Source: Eledone cirrhosa
Taxonomy: Eukaryota
DNA length: 64,000 bases
Direction of reading: 5' to 3'
NCBI GenBank assembly: GCA_964016885.1
Contig: OZ024741.1
Span: 266,910,001 to 266,974,000, forward strand
The stretch's first letter is position 1; every line of letters starts with the position of its first letter. Made by a program: the position numbers and the translations under genes. The notes under the pieces are model-generated. The model did not search any database. It saw nothing but the letters and a program-made list of their open reading frames with translations, and was not told the origin of the DNA. This document shows, one piece after another, positions 24,163-34,506 of this stretch.

Positions 24163-25421
24163 ATGATGCGGCAGCCGATAGAGTAAAAACCATTCAGGAA
24201 AGTAGAAATGAAATCTGTAAAGCTAAGGTGTTGTTAACACCTGCTGAAGGTAACAATGGTCAGATTGATTGTTACCCCATTGACAACACTCATCATAAGG
24301 TCACCTCACCACCACCAATTCCAGCAGCCAGAGAAAAATCTAAAATCTCTTTCATTGGAAATCCCAAACCCAAACCTCGTAAAACAGCTGCCACCTTAAT
24401 TACAAAACAACCGAAAGACTCTGAACAATTTTTGATTGGGTTTTCAAGATGTCAGGAAAACAAGTCTCGGGAAGTACCAAAGTTGCATGGTGCTAAGTTT
24501 AGTGCAAATGCACGCTGCATAAAGAATTTCAAGACTTTTGGCTCACCATCTGACAAAGTCCTCCATGAACTCCAAGGGAACTTTGAAGACCCCCCTGCTG
24601 TGTTGCCCTACCCACAAATAGCTCAGGACTATTTTCAGAGCACACACGAGTCGTCTCTGTACAACACTGATGACCAGATGTCATTGCAGATGCACGACTA
24701 CAGTGTAGACTTCTGCAACTCCACTCTGTCCCTTGGCACCACATTGAATTTTGGAGAGCATCTTATGCCATCAACCCCGATTGCAGCATCGAGCCCCCGA
24801 AATAGCACCGCACCCATTGCCTCTCCAGAGGACCTGTCACCTCCCCCATTACCTGCCAAACCAAAAAGGCTTCAGAAAAACATCTCAAACAAACTGGTAC
24901 TTGCAGCCTCCCCACCTCCACCACCACCACAGCCGGTGTTGGAGACCCTCTACCACACAGAGAAAGCAGACTTTGCTCCCCCTCCACCTTTACCACAAAC
25001 TTCAAAGAAGAAGCCACCCAGAATAACCAATCATGCCATTATGTCCTTTGGCCCTATCCTCAGTCCAGCACCCGGCCAAAATAAACAACACTCACCTACC
25101 AAAATAGTCTCTTCGCCAGCTCCACTCACCAAAACTGTCTCTTCACCAGCCTCACCCACCTACCCCATTTATAAACAACACTCACCAACCAAAATAGTCT
25201 TTTCACCAACTCCACCACCTTCCAAAATAGTCTTTTCACCAACTTCACCAACCTACCCCATTTCTAAACATCAGTCCCCCACCAAAATAGTCCCTTCACC
25301 AGCCCCTCCAAGCTACTCCATCGGTAAACAACGTCCTGTAAAGCCTTCAAACAGCCCCATATCCAGCCCTCCTGTATTTCAGTTAGAACTTTCTGGAACA
25401 CAACATGTATCATTTGTATAG
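24163..25421 (+). CDS. RGS12: RGS12/loco-like terminal exon (Pro-rich tail ending QHVSFV*)
   Basis: tttcag acceptor in phase 1 and ~419 open codons. The C-terminal S-F-V is a class I PDZ-binding motif, comparable to the vertebrate RGS12 ending ATFV. Confidence 0.85.
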
Positions 25422-25648
25422 AAAATCTGTAACTTCTCACAAAAGCTGAATTAATGTCCAAATGACAATTTTATCTTTTCTTTTCTTTGTTTTGTCTTTG
25501 TCTTTATTTTATTTTACTTCAAATTATTTAGAACTGACAGATCTTCCATCGGTTTTGACTTTCAGCATTTGGTTATTGATTAACTGAACATCCAACTCAT
25601 GAATTGACATACAAGTGGTTGAGTATTCCACAGACACATGTACATTCC

Positions 25649-25854
25649 TTAACCCTTTACCATTTAAATTACTCTATATTTACTATTATATTTTCATGGT
25701 AAAGGCTTTACCTCATATAATATCGAATCTATGAGATTTTGATGTTATTTATTTTGAGAACAATACCTTAACATCAGTATGAGCGGCCGGTTTGAACAGA
25801 AAGAGGTGAGAAAATTCTGGCTGGATATGGCTGGTTTAAATGCTAAAGGGTTAA
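25649..25854. mobile_element. piggyBac-like MITE
   Basis: TTAA-cccttta...taaaggg-TTAA, homologous to the copy at 10759. Confidence 0.8.
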
Positions 25855-25998
25855 CATAATTCTCAAACTGAATCAACGTAGCTAAACTTTTAAATTACAG
25901 CTGCAATCCATCTTGTATCATTGTGTAAGTGGCTCAGTACTCCACAGACACGTGTATCATTGTGTAAGTGGCTCAGTACTCCACAGACACATGTATCC

Positions 25999-26295
25999 TT
26001 AACCCTTTAGTATTCACATTACTCTATATATACTATTATATTTTCATGGTAAAGGCTTTACTTCACATAATATCTCACATAACATTCACATTACAATATA
26101 TATATACTATTATATTTTCATGGTAAAGGCTTTACTTCACATAATTATCTCACAATATCAAATCTATGAGATTTTGAAAGTATTTATTTTGAGAACAATA
26201 CCTTATCAGTTTGAGCAACCAGTTACAGCCAGTTTCAACAGAAAGAGGTAGAGAATTCTGGCCGGTTTTGCCCGGTTTGAACATTAAAGGGTTAA
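25999..26295. mobile_element. piggyBac-like MITE with internal duplication
   Basis: TTAA-ccctttag...taaaggg-TTAA, with an internal ~70-bp segment repeated. Confidence 0.8.
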
Positions 26296-26399
26296 GGTAA
26301 TTAATTCTTGGGGAGTTTCTGTGACAAGGCTGGACCATTAAATTACAGATATGAGTATCCTTAACGTAATTCATTAGCCGAACTGACATAACTCAATAT

Positions 26400-26588
26400 G
26401 TGACGCCAGTCCATCGCAGGGTTAAACCTCCAGCTATTACTGGTACTCATTTTCAGCTGAATAAACTGTAGCAACATGAAATAAAGTGTCTTGCTCAAGG
26501 AAACAACACATCACCCGGTCCGAGAATTGAACTCACAACCTTTCAATTGCAAGCCTACTGCTCTAACCACTAAGCCATGCGCCTTCAC
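26400..26588 (-). mobile_element. tRNA-derived SINE
   Basis: gaaggcgcatggcttagtggttagagc...gagttcaattc...ccttgagcaagacacttta on the minus strand. Confidence 0.85.
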
Positions 26589-26609
26589 ATGTATATATGT
26601 ATATATATA

Positions 26610-27070
26610 TATGATGCCTGTGTGAAGAGCGCGATGCTGCATTGTATGAGACATGGGCAGCAACTGCAGAGGATATGCGACGGCTGGAGAGAAATGAGGC
26701 AAGCATGGTCCGTTGGATGTGCAATGTCAATGTGCGTGAACGACCCAGCATAGATATGTTGAGGGAGAAACTGTGTCTGAGAGGGATAGAATGTAGTGTA
26801 TGATAGAGGAGACTGCAATGGTATGGACATGTGATGTGCATGGAGGATGACTGATGGGTGAAGAAGTGCCAGGAAATGCCAGTTGAAGCAAGACATGGTA
26901 GAGGTAGATCACGAAAAACATGGGCGGAGGTGGTGACAACAAACCTCAGATCACTGAAGCTCACGGTGGAGATGACGAAGGACCGTGATGAGTGGAGAGA
27001 TGCTGTGCTGAATAAGACCCGTCCCACCCTTGCAAGCAGGGAAAAGCAGACGTAAAATGATGATGATGAT
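26610..27070 (+). mobile_element. RTE subfamily A 3' fragment with stop codons
   Basis: Colinear with 31388-31850. (GAT)n tail. Confidence 0.92.
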
Positions 27071-28589
27071 ATATGTATATATATTAATTCAAAATATTAA
27101 TAAATGTAGACATTCACTTAATCAAAATATATTTTATTATATATATTTTGGAGGTACTGTGCTGTTTTTTCAGTATGTCCTCATCAGAAAATCTCTTTGT
27201 TGAGTGCTTCTAATCTATTGTAAAACTATATTCATTGATTAATCAATGAACCTTGTTTAACTTTTGGTTATATATATATATAATATTTATATTTATATAT
27301 ATATATAGGGAGCAGCGGCTGTTAGGGCAAGACGTGTTTTCTTGGGCTCTGCTAGAGTCAGCAGCAACACACAACCACGTGTTGCTACACACACACAAGA
27401 GGAAAGAGAAAATTTATGAGACCAATAGAGATATGTACATTTATATATTTATATCTAGATATTGCTATTATCATTTACAGTCCCTCTGTGTTTAATGTAT
27501 GTTCATTAGTATATGTGTTGTTATTTCTGCTTACATTTTGCATATATACATATATATATCTATATATATGCTTGCGTGGACCCCTCAAAAATTCGTTGGA
27601 TTTTCTAATTGGATACCCCGAAACTGGATACCAACACTGAATACACCTGAACTTCTACCAGGAAATCTTTCATATCAGTGAAAATTTTCTTTTCTTTGCT
27701 TCATATATATATATTATATATACTTGTCCGCCATTGCAAAAGGCCATAAATTCAAAATTTTGAAGAGAGAGGAAAAGAGAAAAGTGATCTATGAACTTGT
27801 ACATCTCACTGACCCCCCCATCACCACAATAACAATAACGCCTACACTCGCTCCCCACCATCACCACATTACTCTAAGGTCGCTGTCCTGTCCCCTGTTC
27901 CCTGTTGACATACTGCTGACTCTCTTTGATGTATGTATGTGTATATACATATGTGTATGTGTGTGTATAGGTATATCTCAGTGGATACGACCAGATTTCA
28001 ACACAGCAACAACTACAACAACAGCAGCAACACCAACGACAACAGCAACAACACCATCGTCTGTGTTGAATGTGTGTGTATGTATGTATTTGTATATATG
28101 CAACAGCAATAACAGCATCAACACCATTGTCTGCAGCAACAGCAGCAGTGAAATGAAGGACAACAACAACAGCAACAACAACAACAACTACAATAACAAC
28201 TACAGCACCAACAACTGCTACCACCATCACTGACCATCCACCACCACCACGCTGATACCATCCACCACCACCACACTGACACCATCCACCACCGCCATTA
28301 CCAGCGTAAAGCAAACAATTATTATTATTATATACAAGCTGAACTGGACTGGGAAAGGTCAACAGTTGACATGATAGTGATTTTGACTTTGACGATTTTG
28401 ATTTTGTATCAGTACTGTCGGTAATATATGTATATATATGTGTTTGTGAGTGGTGTGTGTGATTGTATGCATGAATGAGTGTTGGTATGTGTGGTTGTGG
28501 TTTGTATGCATGAGTATTGGTGTGTGAGTGTTTGTGTGTGCGTCGTGTCAATAAGTTGTTTTTTTTGTTTGTTTTTTTAATGACCATGC

Positions 28590-31500
28590 TGTAAAATGGA
28601 GGGGTAGAGAGGGCCCTTGAGTCTAGTAAGACATCCTCTCTAGTGCTGGTGGCACAAATAAAAGCACCCAGTCCATGCTGTAAAGTGGCGCTGGTGTTAG
28701 GAAGGGCATCCAACCAGTGTATCAATGCCAAAAAGCTTATCAGCACAGCAACAAAACAGCATAGAAAAATATGAAGACGTCGCATCTCAGAGTTGCAACA
28801 CTTAATGTTGGCACTCTCAGAGGTAGATCTGCTGAAATAGCGGAGATGCTGGAGAGAAGGCAGGTGGATGTGTGCTGCGTGCAAGAGGTGAGATGGAGAG
28901 GTGCCTCTGCGAGACTAGTCGTAGGCAAGCGTCTTAGCTATAAGCTATTCTGGGTAGGTAAGGATGATGGGTTAGGGGGAGTAGGCATTTTCCTGGCTGA
29001 GAAATGGATCAATAAGACAATAGAGGTAGTTCGAGTTAGTAATCGAATAATTAAGCTTAGATTAGTTGTAGGTAGGAGACTACTGACAATCATCTCGGTC
29101 TATGCTCCCCAAGCAGGCCTAGGCAAAGATGAGAAAGACTGCTTTTATGAGCAACTTTTGCAAACAACCACAATGACAGAGGACGGAGACATCGTTATGC
29201 TAGCAGGAGACTTCAATGGTCATGTTGGACAGCTCCAGGATGGTTACACTGGGGTACATGGTGGGCACGGTTACGGTTCAAGAAATGAAGGAGTGAGACT
29301 TCTTGAATTTTGTGATGCGAGTACATTGACTATTTGCAACACAAACTTCCAGAAACCTGCCAATCACCTAATAACCTACAAATCTGGTGAGCACATAAGC
29401 CAGATTGACTTCCTGCTAGTTAGGCAGCGGGACAGGCAGATAGTGTCTAATACCAAGGCATACCCTGGGGAAGAATGTACTCCACAGCATAGGTTAGTTG
29501 TTAGTGATATCTCAGTAAGCAAGAGATGGAATGAGACATATAGGAAGGTGTGGAGAAGAAAGGTCTGGAAGCTAAAAGACCTTTCACTAAAATACAAATT
29601 TAAGAAAGCCCTTCAAGATGTATATGACGAAAAAGAAGACGATTTAGAGACGTATGACATAGATAATAACTGGAAGTTCTTACGTGACAACTTGCTGCAG
29701 GCTACTGATGAAACCTGTGGCTGGAGCAGAGCTCCAACCAGACAGAGAGTGACCTGGTGGTGGAACAGCACAGTAGATAAGGCTATTAGAGACAAAAGAC
29801 TAGCATGGAAGGCTTGGAAAAAGGGTGGGAGTAGGGAAGAATATACAGCCACTAAGAGAGAAGCTAGACGTCAGGTGTACTTAGCACGCAGGGAGGCAGA
29901 GAGTAGGAGGTTTGCCAATGTTCTGCGACGGGAAGATCAGAGGCGTGCGGTGTTCCACATTGCAAGGCAGTGTGTCAATGCAAATCAGGATGTTGTTGGA
30001 GATAAATGTGTCCGGGATGATGCCGGTGTACTTAGTGTCACGAATGACCAGAAAAAGGAGGCCTGGAAATGTCATTATGAGAGACTGATGAATGTGGAGA
30101 ACGAATGGGAGAGAGAGAAATTACCCTTGGTAGATCCGACAGAGGGACCAGCTATTGAGATTGACGAATATAGGGTCCAAGAGGCGATTAGGGAAATGAA
30201 AAATGGTAAGGCGGCCGGACCATCGGGAATAGTTGCTGAGATGCTGAAGGCATCAGGGGACGTAGGCACTAAACTGGTTGCACGCATCATCAATCAGGCT
30301 ATATATGGTGGTGTCATACCCAAAGACTGGTGCAGCAGTATTCTCATAAATTGCTACAAAGGTAAAGGGGATGCTTTGGAGAGTAGCAATTATAGGGGTA
30401 TAAAACTGATAGATCAGGTTATGAAAGTGGCAGAAAGGATTTTAGCACAACTAATTAGAGAAAGGGTCAAACTAGATGAGATGCAGTTTGGTTTTGTGCC
30501 TGGGAAGAGTACAACAGATGCCTTCTTCTTGGTGAGACAAATGCAAGACAGGTTCTTAGAGAAGAATAAGCCACTATACTTAGCCTTTGTTGACCTAGAG
30601 AAGGCCTTTGATAGGGTACCCCGATCTGTCATCTGGTGGTCCCTAAGGAAGCTAGGTGTTGAGGAATGGCTTGTGAGGACAGTGCAAACTTTGTACAGAG
30701 GTACTCTCAGTAAAGTCAGGGTAGGAATGGAGTTTAGTGAGGAATTCCAGATACAAGTAGGAGTACATCAGGGTTCGGTCCTCAGCCCGCTCTTGTTCAT
30801 TATAGTCCTCCAAGCCATAACAGAGGAGTTTAAGACTGGCTGTCCATGGGAACTTCTCTATGCTGACGATCTGGCTCTTATAGCAGAATCAGTAGAGGAA
30901 CTAGAGAATAAATTCCGGCTATGGAAACAGCAGTTGGAAGCAAGAGGACTGAGAGTAAATCTAGCTAAGACAAAAGTGTTGATGAGTAGAAAAGAGGACA
31001 AAACCCTGATTCCGTCAGGGAAATGGCCATGTTCGATATGCAGAAAAGGAACTGGCATAAATTCTATAAAATGCACACAATGCAGGTCCTGGGTACACAA
31101 GAGATGTAGCGGGATAGCAGGCAAACTAACAGGTAGGGAGAAATATGTATGCAGTAGATGTACAGGGAACTTAGACGGTAGAAGTCGCACTGATAAACAC
31201 ATTTTTCAAATGCAAGAGGGCGCTATAGAAGTGGTGGATAGCTTCCGGTACCTAGGAGATCAGATTAGCATGGGAGGAGGGTGTTCCGAGGCCATAGTAT
31301 CTAGAATAAGGACGGGTTGGAAGAAGTTTAGGGAGCTGCTTCCTCTGTTGACGAAGGGTTTCTCCCTGCGTACGAAAGGCCGGTTGTATGATGTCTGCAT
31401 GAGGAGCGCGATGCTGCATGGTAGTGAGACATGGGCAGCAACTGCAGAGGATATGCAACGGCTGGAGAGAAATGAGGCAAGCATGCTCCGTTGGATGTGC

Positions 31501-31851
31501 AGTGTAAATGTGCGTGAACGACCCAGCATAAATGTGTTGAGAGAGAAACTGTGTCTGAGAGGGATAGAATGTAGTGTACGGGAGAGGAGACTGAGGTGGG
31601 ATGGACATGTGATGCACATGGAGGATGACCGATGGGTGAAGAAGTGCCAGGAAATGCCAGTTGAAGGAAGACGTGGTAGAGGTAGACCACGAAAAACATG
31701 GGCGGAGGTGGTGAGAACAGACCTCAGATCATTGAAGCTCACGGTGGAGATGACGAGGGACCGTGACGAGTGGAGAGAGGCTGTGCTGAATAAGACCCGT
31801 CCCACCCTTGCAAGCAGGGAAAAGCGGACGTAAAATGATGATGATGATGAT
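28590..31851 (+). mobile_element. Apparently full-length RTE LINE (subfamily A)
   Basis: Short 5' UTR with aaagcacccag..tgtaaagtgg..ggtgttaggaagggcatcc motif, single ORF, (GAT)n tail. 5' boundary is approximate. Confidence 0.9.
28771..31833 (+). CDS. RTE LINE ORF: AP endonuclease + reverse transcriptase with embedded PHD-like Zn finger (1020 aa, open)
   Basis: APE motifs TLNVGTL, CVQEVRW, SVYAPQ, GDFNGHVG, QIDFLLV. RT motifs [43 protein letters not shown]. Confidence 0.96.
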   Translation: MKTSHLRVATLNVGTLRGRSAEIAEMLERRQVDVCCVQEVRWRGASARLVVGKRLSYKLFWVGKDDGLGGVGIFLAEKWINKTIEVVRVSNRIIKLRLVVGRRLLTIISVYAPQAGLGKDEKDCFYEQLLQTTTMTEDGDIVMLAGDFNGHVGQLQDGYTGVHGGHGYGSRNEGVRLLEFCDASTLTICNTNFQKPANHLITYKSGEHISQIDFLLVRQRDRQIVSNTKAYPGEECTPQHRLVVSDISVSKRWNETYRKVWRRKVWKLKDLSLKYKFKKALQDVYDEKEDDLETYDIDNNWKFLRDNLLQATDETCGWSRAPTRQRVTWWWNSTVDKAIRDKRLAWKAWKKGGSREEYTATKREARRQVYLARREAESRRFANVLRREDQRRAVFHIARQCVNANQDVVGDKCVRDDAGVLSVTNDQKKEAWKCHYERLMNVENEWEREKLPLVDPTEGPAIEIDEYRVQEAIREMKNGKAAGPSGIVAEMLKASGDVGTKLVARIINQAIYGGVIPKDWCSSILINCYKGKGDALESSNYRGIKLIDQVMKVAERILAQLIRERVKLDEMQFGFVPGKSTTDAFFLVRQMQDRFLEKNKPLYLAFVDLEKAFDRVPRSVIWWSLRKLGVEEWLVRTVQTLYRGTLSKVRVGMEFSEEFQIQVGVHQGSVLSPLLFIIVLQAITEEFKTGCPWELLYADDLALIAESVEELENKFRLWKQQLEARGLRVNLAKTKVLMSRKEDKTLIPSGKWPCSICRKGTGINSIKCTQCRSWVHKRCSGIAGKLTGREKYVCSRCTGNLDGRSRTDKHIFQMQEGAIEVVDSFRYLGDQISMGGGCSEAIVSRIRTGWKKFRELLPLLTKGFSLRTKGRLYDVCMRSAMLHGSETWAATAEDMQRLERNEASMLRWMCSVNVRERPSINVLREKLCLRGIECSVRERRLRWDGHVMHMEDDRWVKKCQEMPVEGRRGRGRPRKTWAEVVRTDLRSLKLTVEMTRDRDEWREAVLNKTRPTLASREKRT

Positions 31852-31877
31852 ATATATTTATATATATATATATATAA

Positions 31878-33440
31878 GTACCTAGCTAAAAGTAAGCCAC
31901 TCTACCTGGCATTTGTCGACCTTGAGAAAGCCTTTGACAGAGTTCCACGTGCTGTAATCTGGTGGGCTCTTAGAAAACTAGGAGGAGATGAATGGCTTGT
32001 GAAAGCAGTACAAGCCATGTATAGGGGAGCAGTCAGCAAAGTTAGGATTAGCAATGAGTATAGCGAGGAATTTAGCATACAGGCTGAGGTCCACCAGGGC
32101 TCTGTTCTTAGCCCCCTCCTGTTCATCATAGTCCTGCAGGCAATAACGAAGGAGTTTAAGACCGGATGCCCATGGGAACTCCTGTATGCTGATGACCTCG
32201 CACTTATAGCTGAATCTATGGTAGAACTAGAGAAGAAATTCCAAACTTGGAAGCAGTGACTAGAAAAAAAGGATCTCAAAGTCAACATGACAAAGACTAA
32301 GATCCTTATAAGTAGACGAGAAAACAGAACCCAGATCCCCTCAGGGAAATGGCCTTGCTCAGTATGTAGGAAAGGTGTAGGTAGGAACTCCATTCTCTGC
32401 CCCAAATGCAAACAATGGGTACACAAGAGATGTAGCGGGATCAGGAAGCTTAATTAAGAATGTAGGCTTCACATGCAGCAGCTGTGCTGGGACAGCAAGC
32501 AGCAAACAGCCACAGGAAACAAGTACCACCAATCTCTGGGAGAGCTCTGTAGAAACAGTAGACAGCTTCTGCTACCTAGGTGACCGAATTAGCAGCAGAG
32601 GTGGATGTTCAGAAAGTACAATAACTAGAGTAAGAACGGGATGGAAGAAGTTTAGGAAACTACTACCACTGCTAGCTGCAAAAGGCTTCTCCCTCAAAGT
32701 GAAAGGCAGACTGTATGATGCGTGTATCCGAACAGCGATGTTGCATGATAGTGAGACCTGGGTGCTGAAGGTGGAAGACTTACGTAGATTAGAGAGAAAC
32801 GAAGCCTGCATGCTCCGATGGATGTGTAACAGTAATATACGCGAACGACAAAGCATAAATGAATTGAGAGAGAGACTGAGCATAAGAGGAATCAAATGCT
32901 GTTTGCAGGAGAGGCGGTTGCGCTGGTATGGACATGTAATGCGTATGAAGGATGACAGCTGCATAAAAAGGTGCAGAGCACTAGAATTCGATGGAAACCA
33001 CGGAGTGGGAAGACCCAAGATGACCTGGGATGAGGTGATAAAAGCCGACCTTACCCAATTACACCTCTCAAAGGCGATGACACACGACCGTGACCTCTGG
33101 CGTCATGCAGTAATACAGAGTACCCGACCTCCCATGGGTACGCGCTGAACCATATAGACAATATGTCCCCACACCCCCCACCGCAAGGTGGTCGTGGAGG
33201 TGCCACGGCAAAAAACCACCCAGCCCACACTGTAAAGTGGTCGTGTAGGCGCCACAAAAAAGCACCCAGCACTCACTGTAAATGAGGTTGGTGTTAGGAA
33301 GGGCATCCAGCTGTAGAAATCAAGCCAGATCAGTTCCTGTATGAGCAAGGCATGGTCAGCCGACCAGACACTGCCCACAACAGGACAACCCGTCTAACCC
33401 ATGCTAGCGTGGAAGAACGGACGTAAAACGGTGATGATGA
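31878..33440 (+). mobile_element. 5'-truncated RTE LINE, subfamily B
   Basis: Starts at KPLYLAFVDLEKAFD. YADD present. Stop at 32259 and frameshift near 32440. Long 3' UTR and (GAT)n tail. Confidence 0.93.
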
Positions 33441-33483
33441 TATATATATATAAATATATTTATATACATATATATATATATAT

Positions 33484-34414
33484 ATCATCATCATCATCAT
33501 CACCGTTTTACGTCCGTTCTTCCACGCTAACATGGGTTAGACGGGTTGTCCTGTTGTGGGCAGTGTCTGGTCGGCTGACCATGCCTTGCTCATACAGGAA
33601 CTGATCTGGCTTGATTTCTACAGCTGGATGCCCTTCCTAACACCAACCTCATTTACAGTGAGTGCTGGGTGCTTTTTCGTGGCGCCTACACGTCCACTTT
33701 ACAGTGTGGGCTGGGTGCTTTTTTGGCGTGGCACCTCCACGACCACCTTGCGGTGGGGGGTGTGGGGGCATATTGTCTATATGCTTCAGCTTGTACCCAT
33801 GGGAGGTCGGGTACTCTGTATTACTGCGTGACGTCAGAGGTCACGGTCGTGTGTCATTGTCTTTGAGAGGTGTAATTGGGTAAGGTCGGCTTTTATCACC
33901 TCATCCCAGGTCATCTTGGGTCTCTCCACTCCGCGGTTTCCATCAACTTCTAGTGCTCTGCACCTTTTTATGCAGCTGTCATCCTTCATACGCATCACAT
34001 GTCCATACCAGCGCAACCGCCTCTCCTGCACACAGCATTTGATTCCTCTTATGCTCGGTCTCACTCTCAATTCATTTATGCTTTGTCGTTCGCGTATATT
34101 ACTGTTACACATCCATCGGAGCATGCAGGCTTCGTTTCTCTCTAATCTACGTAATTCTTCCACCTCCAGCGCCCAGGTCTCACTACCATGCAACATCGCT
34201 GTTCGGATACACGCATCATAGTCTGCCTTTCATTCTGAGGGAGAAGCCTTTTGCAGATAGCAGTGGTAGTAGTTCCCTAAACTTCTTCCATCCCGTTCTT
34301 ACCCTAGTTATTGCACTTTCTGAACACCCACCTCCGTTGCTAATTCGGTCACCTAGGTAGCAGAAGCTGTCTACTGTTTCTACAGGGCCCTCCCAGAGAT
34401 TGGTGGTACTTGTT
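33484..34414 (-). mobile_element. 5'-truncated RTE subfamily B, tail-to-tail with the preceding copy
   Basis: Reverse complement of 32518-33440 with scattered substitutions. Confidence 0.93.
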
Positions 34415-34506
34415 ATATATATATTTATATATATTTATATTTATATATATTTATATTTATATATATATATATATATATTTATTTATATTTATATATATAT
34501 ATTTAT

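Noticed and set aside
27724-28884. 169-aa (+) and 336-aa (-) ORFs
   Set aside because: Composed of (CAA), (CCA) and (TG) repeats and antisense LINE sequence. No recognisable domain or convincing splice structure.
29376-31805. Antisense ORFs over the RTE copies
   Set aside because: Shadow frames of the LINE ORF, recurring only because the element is repeated.
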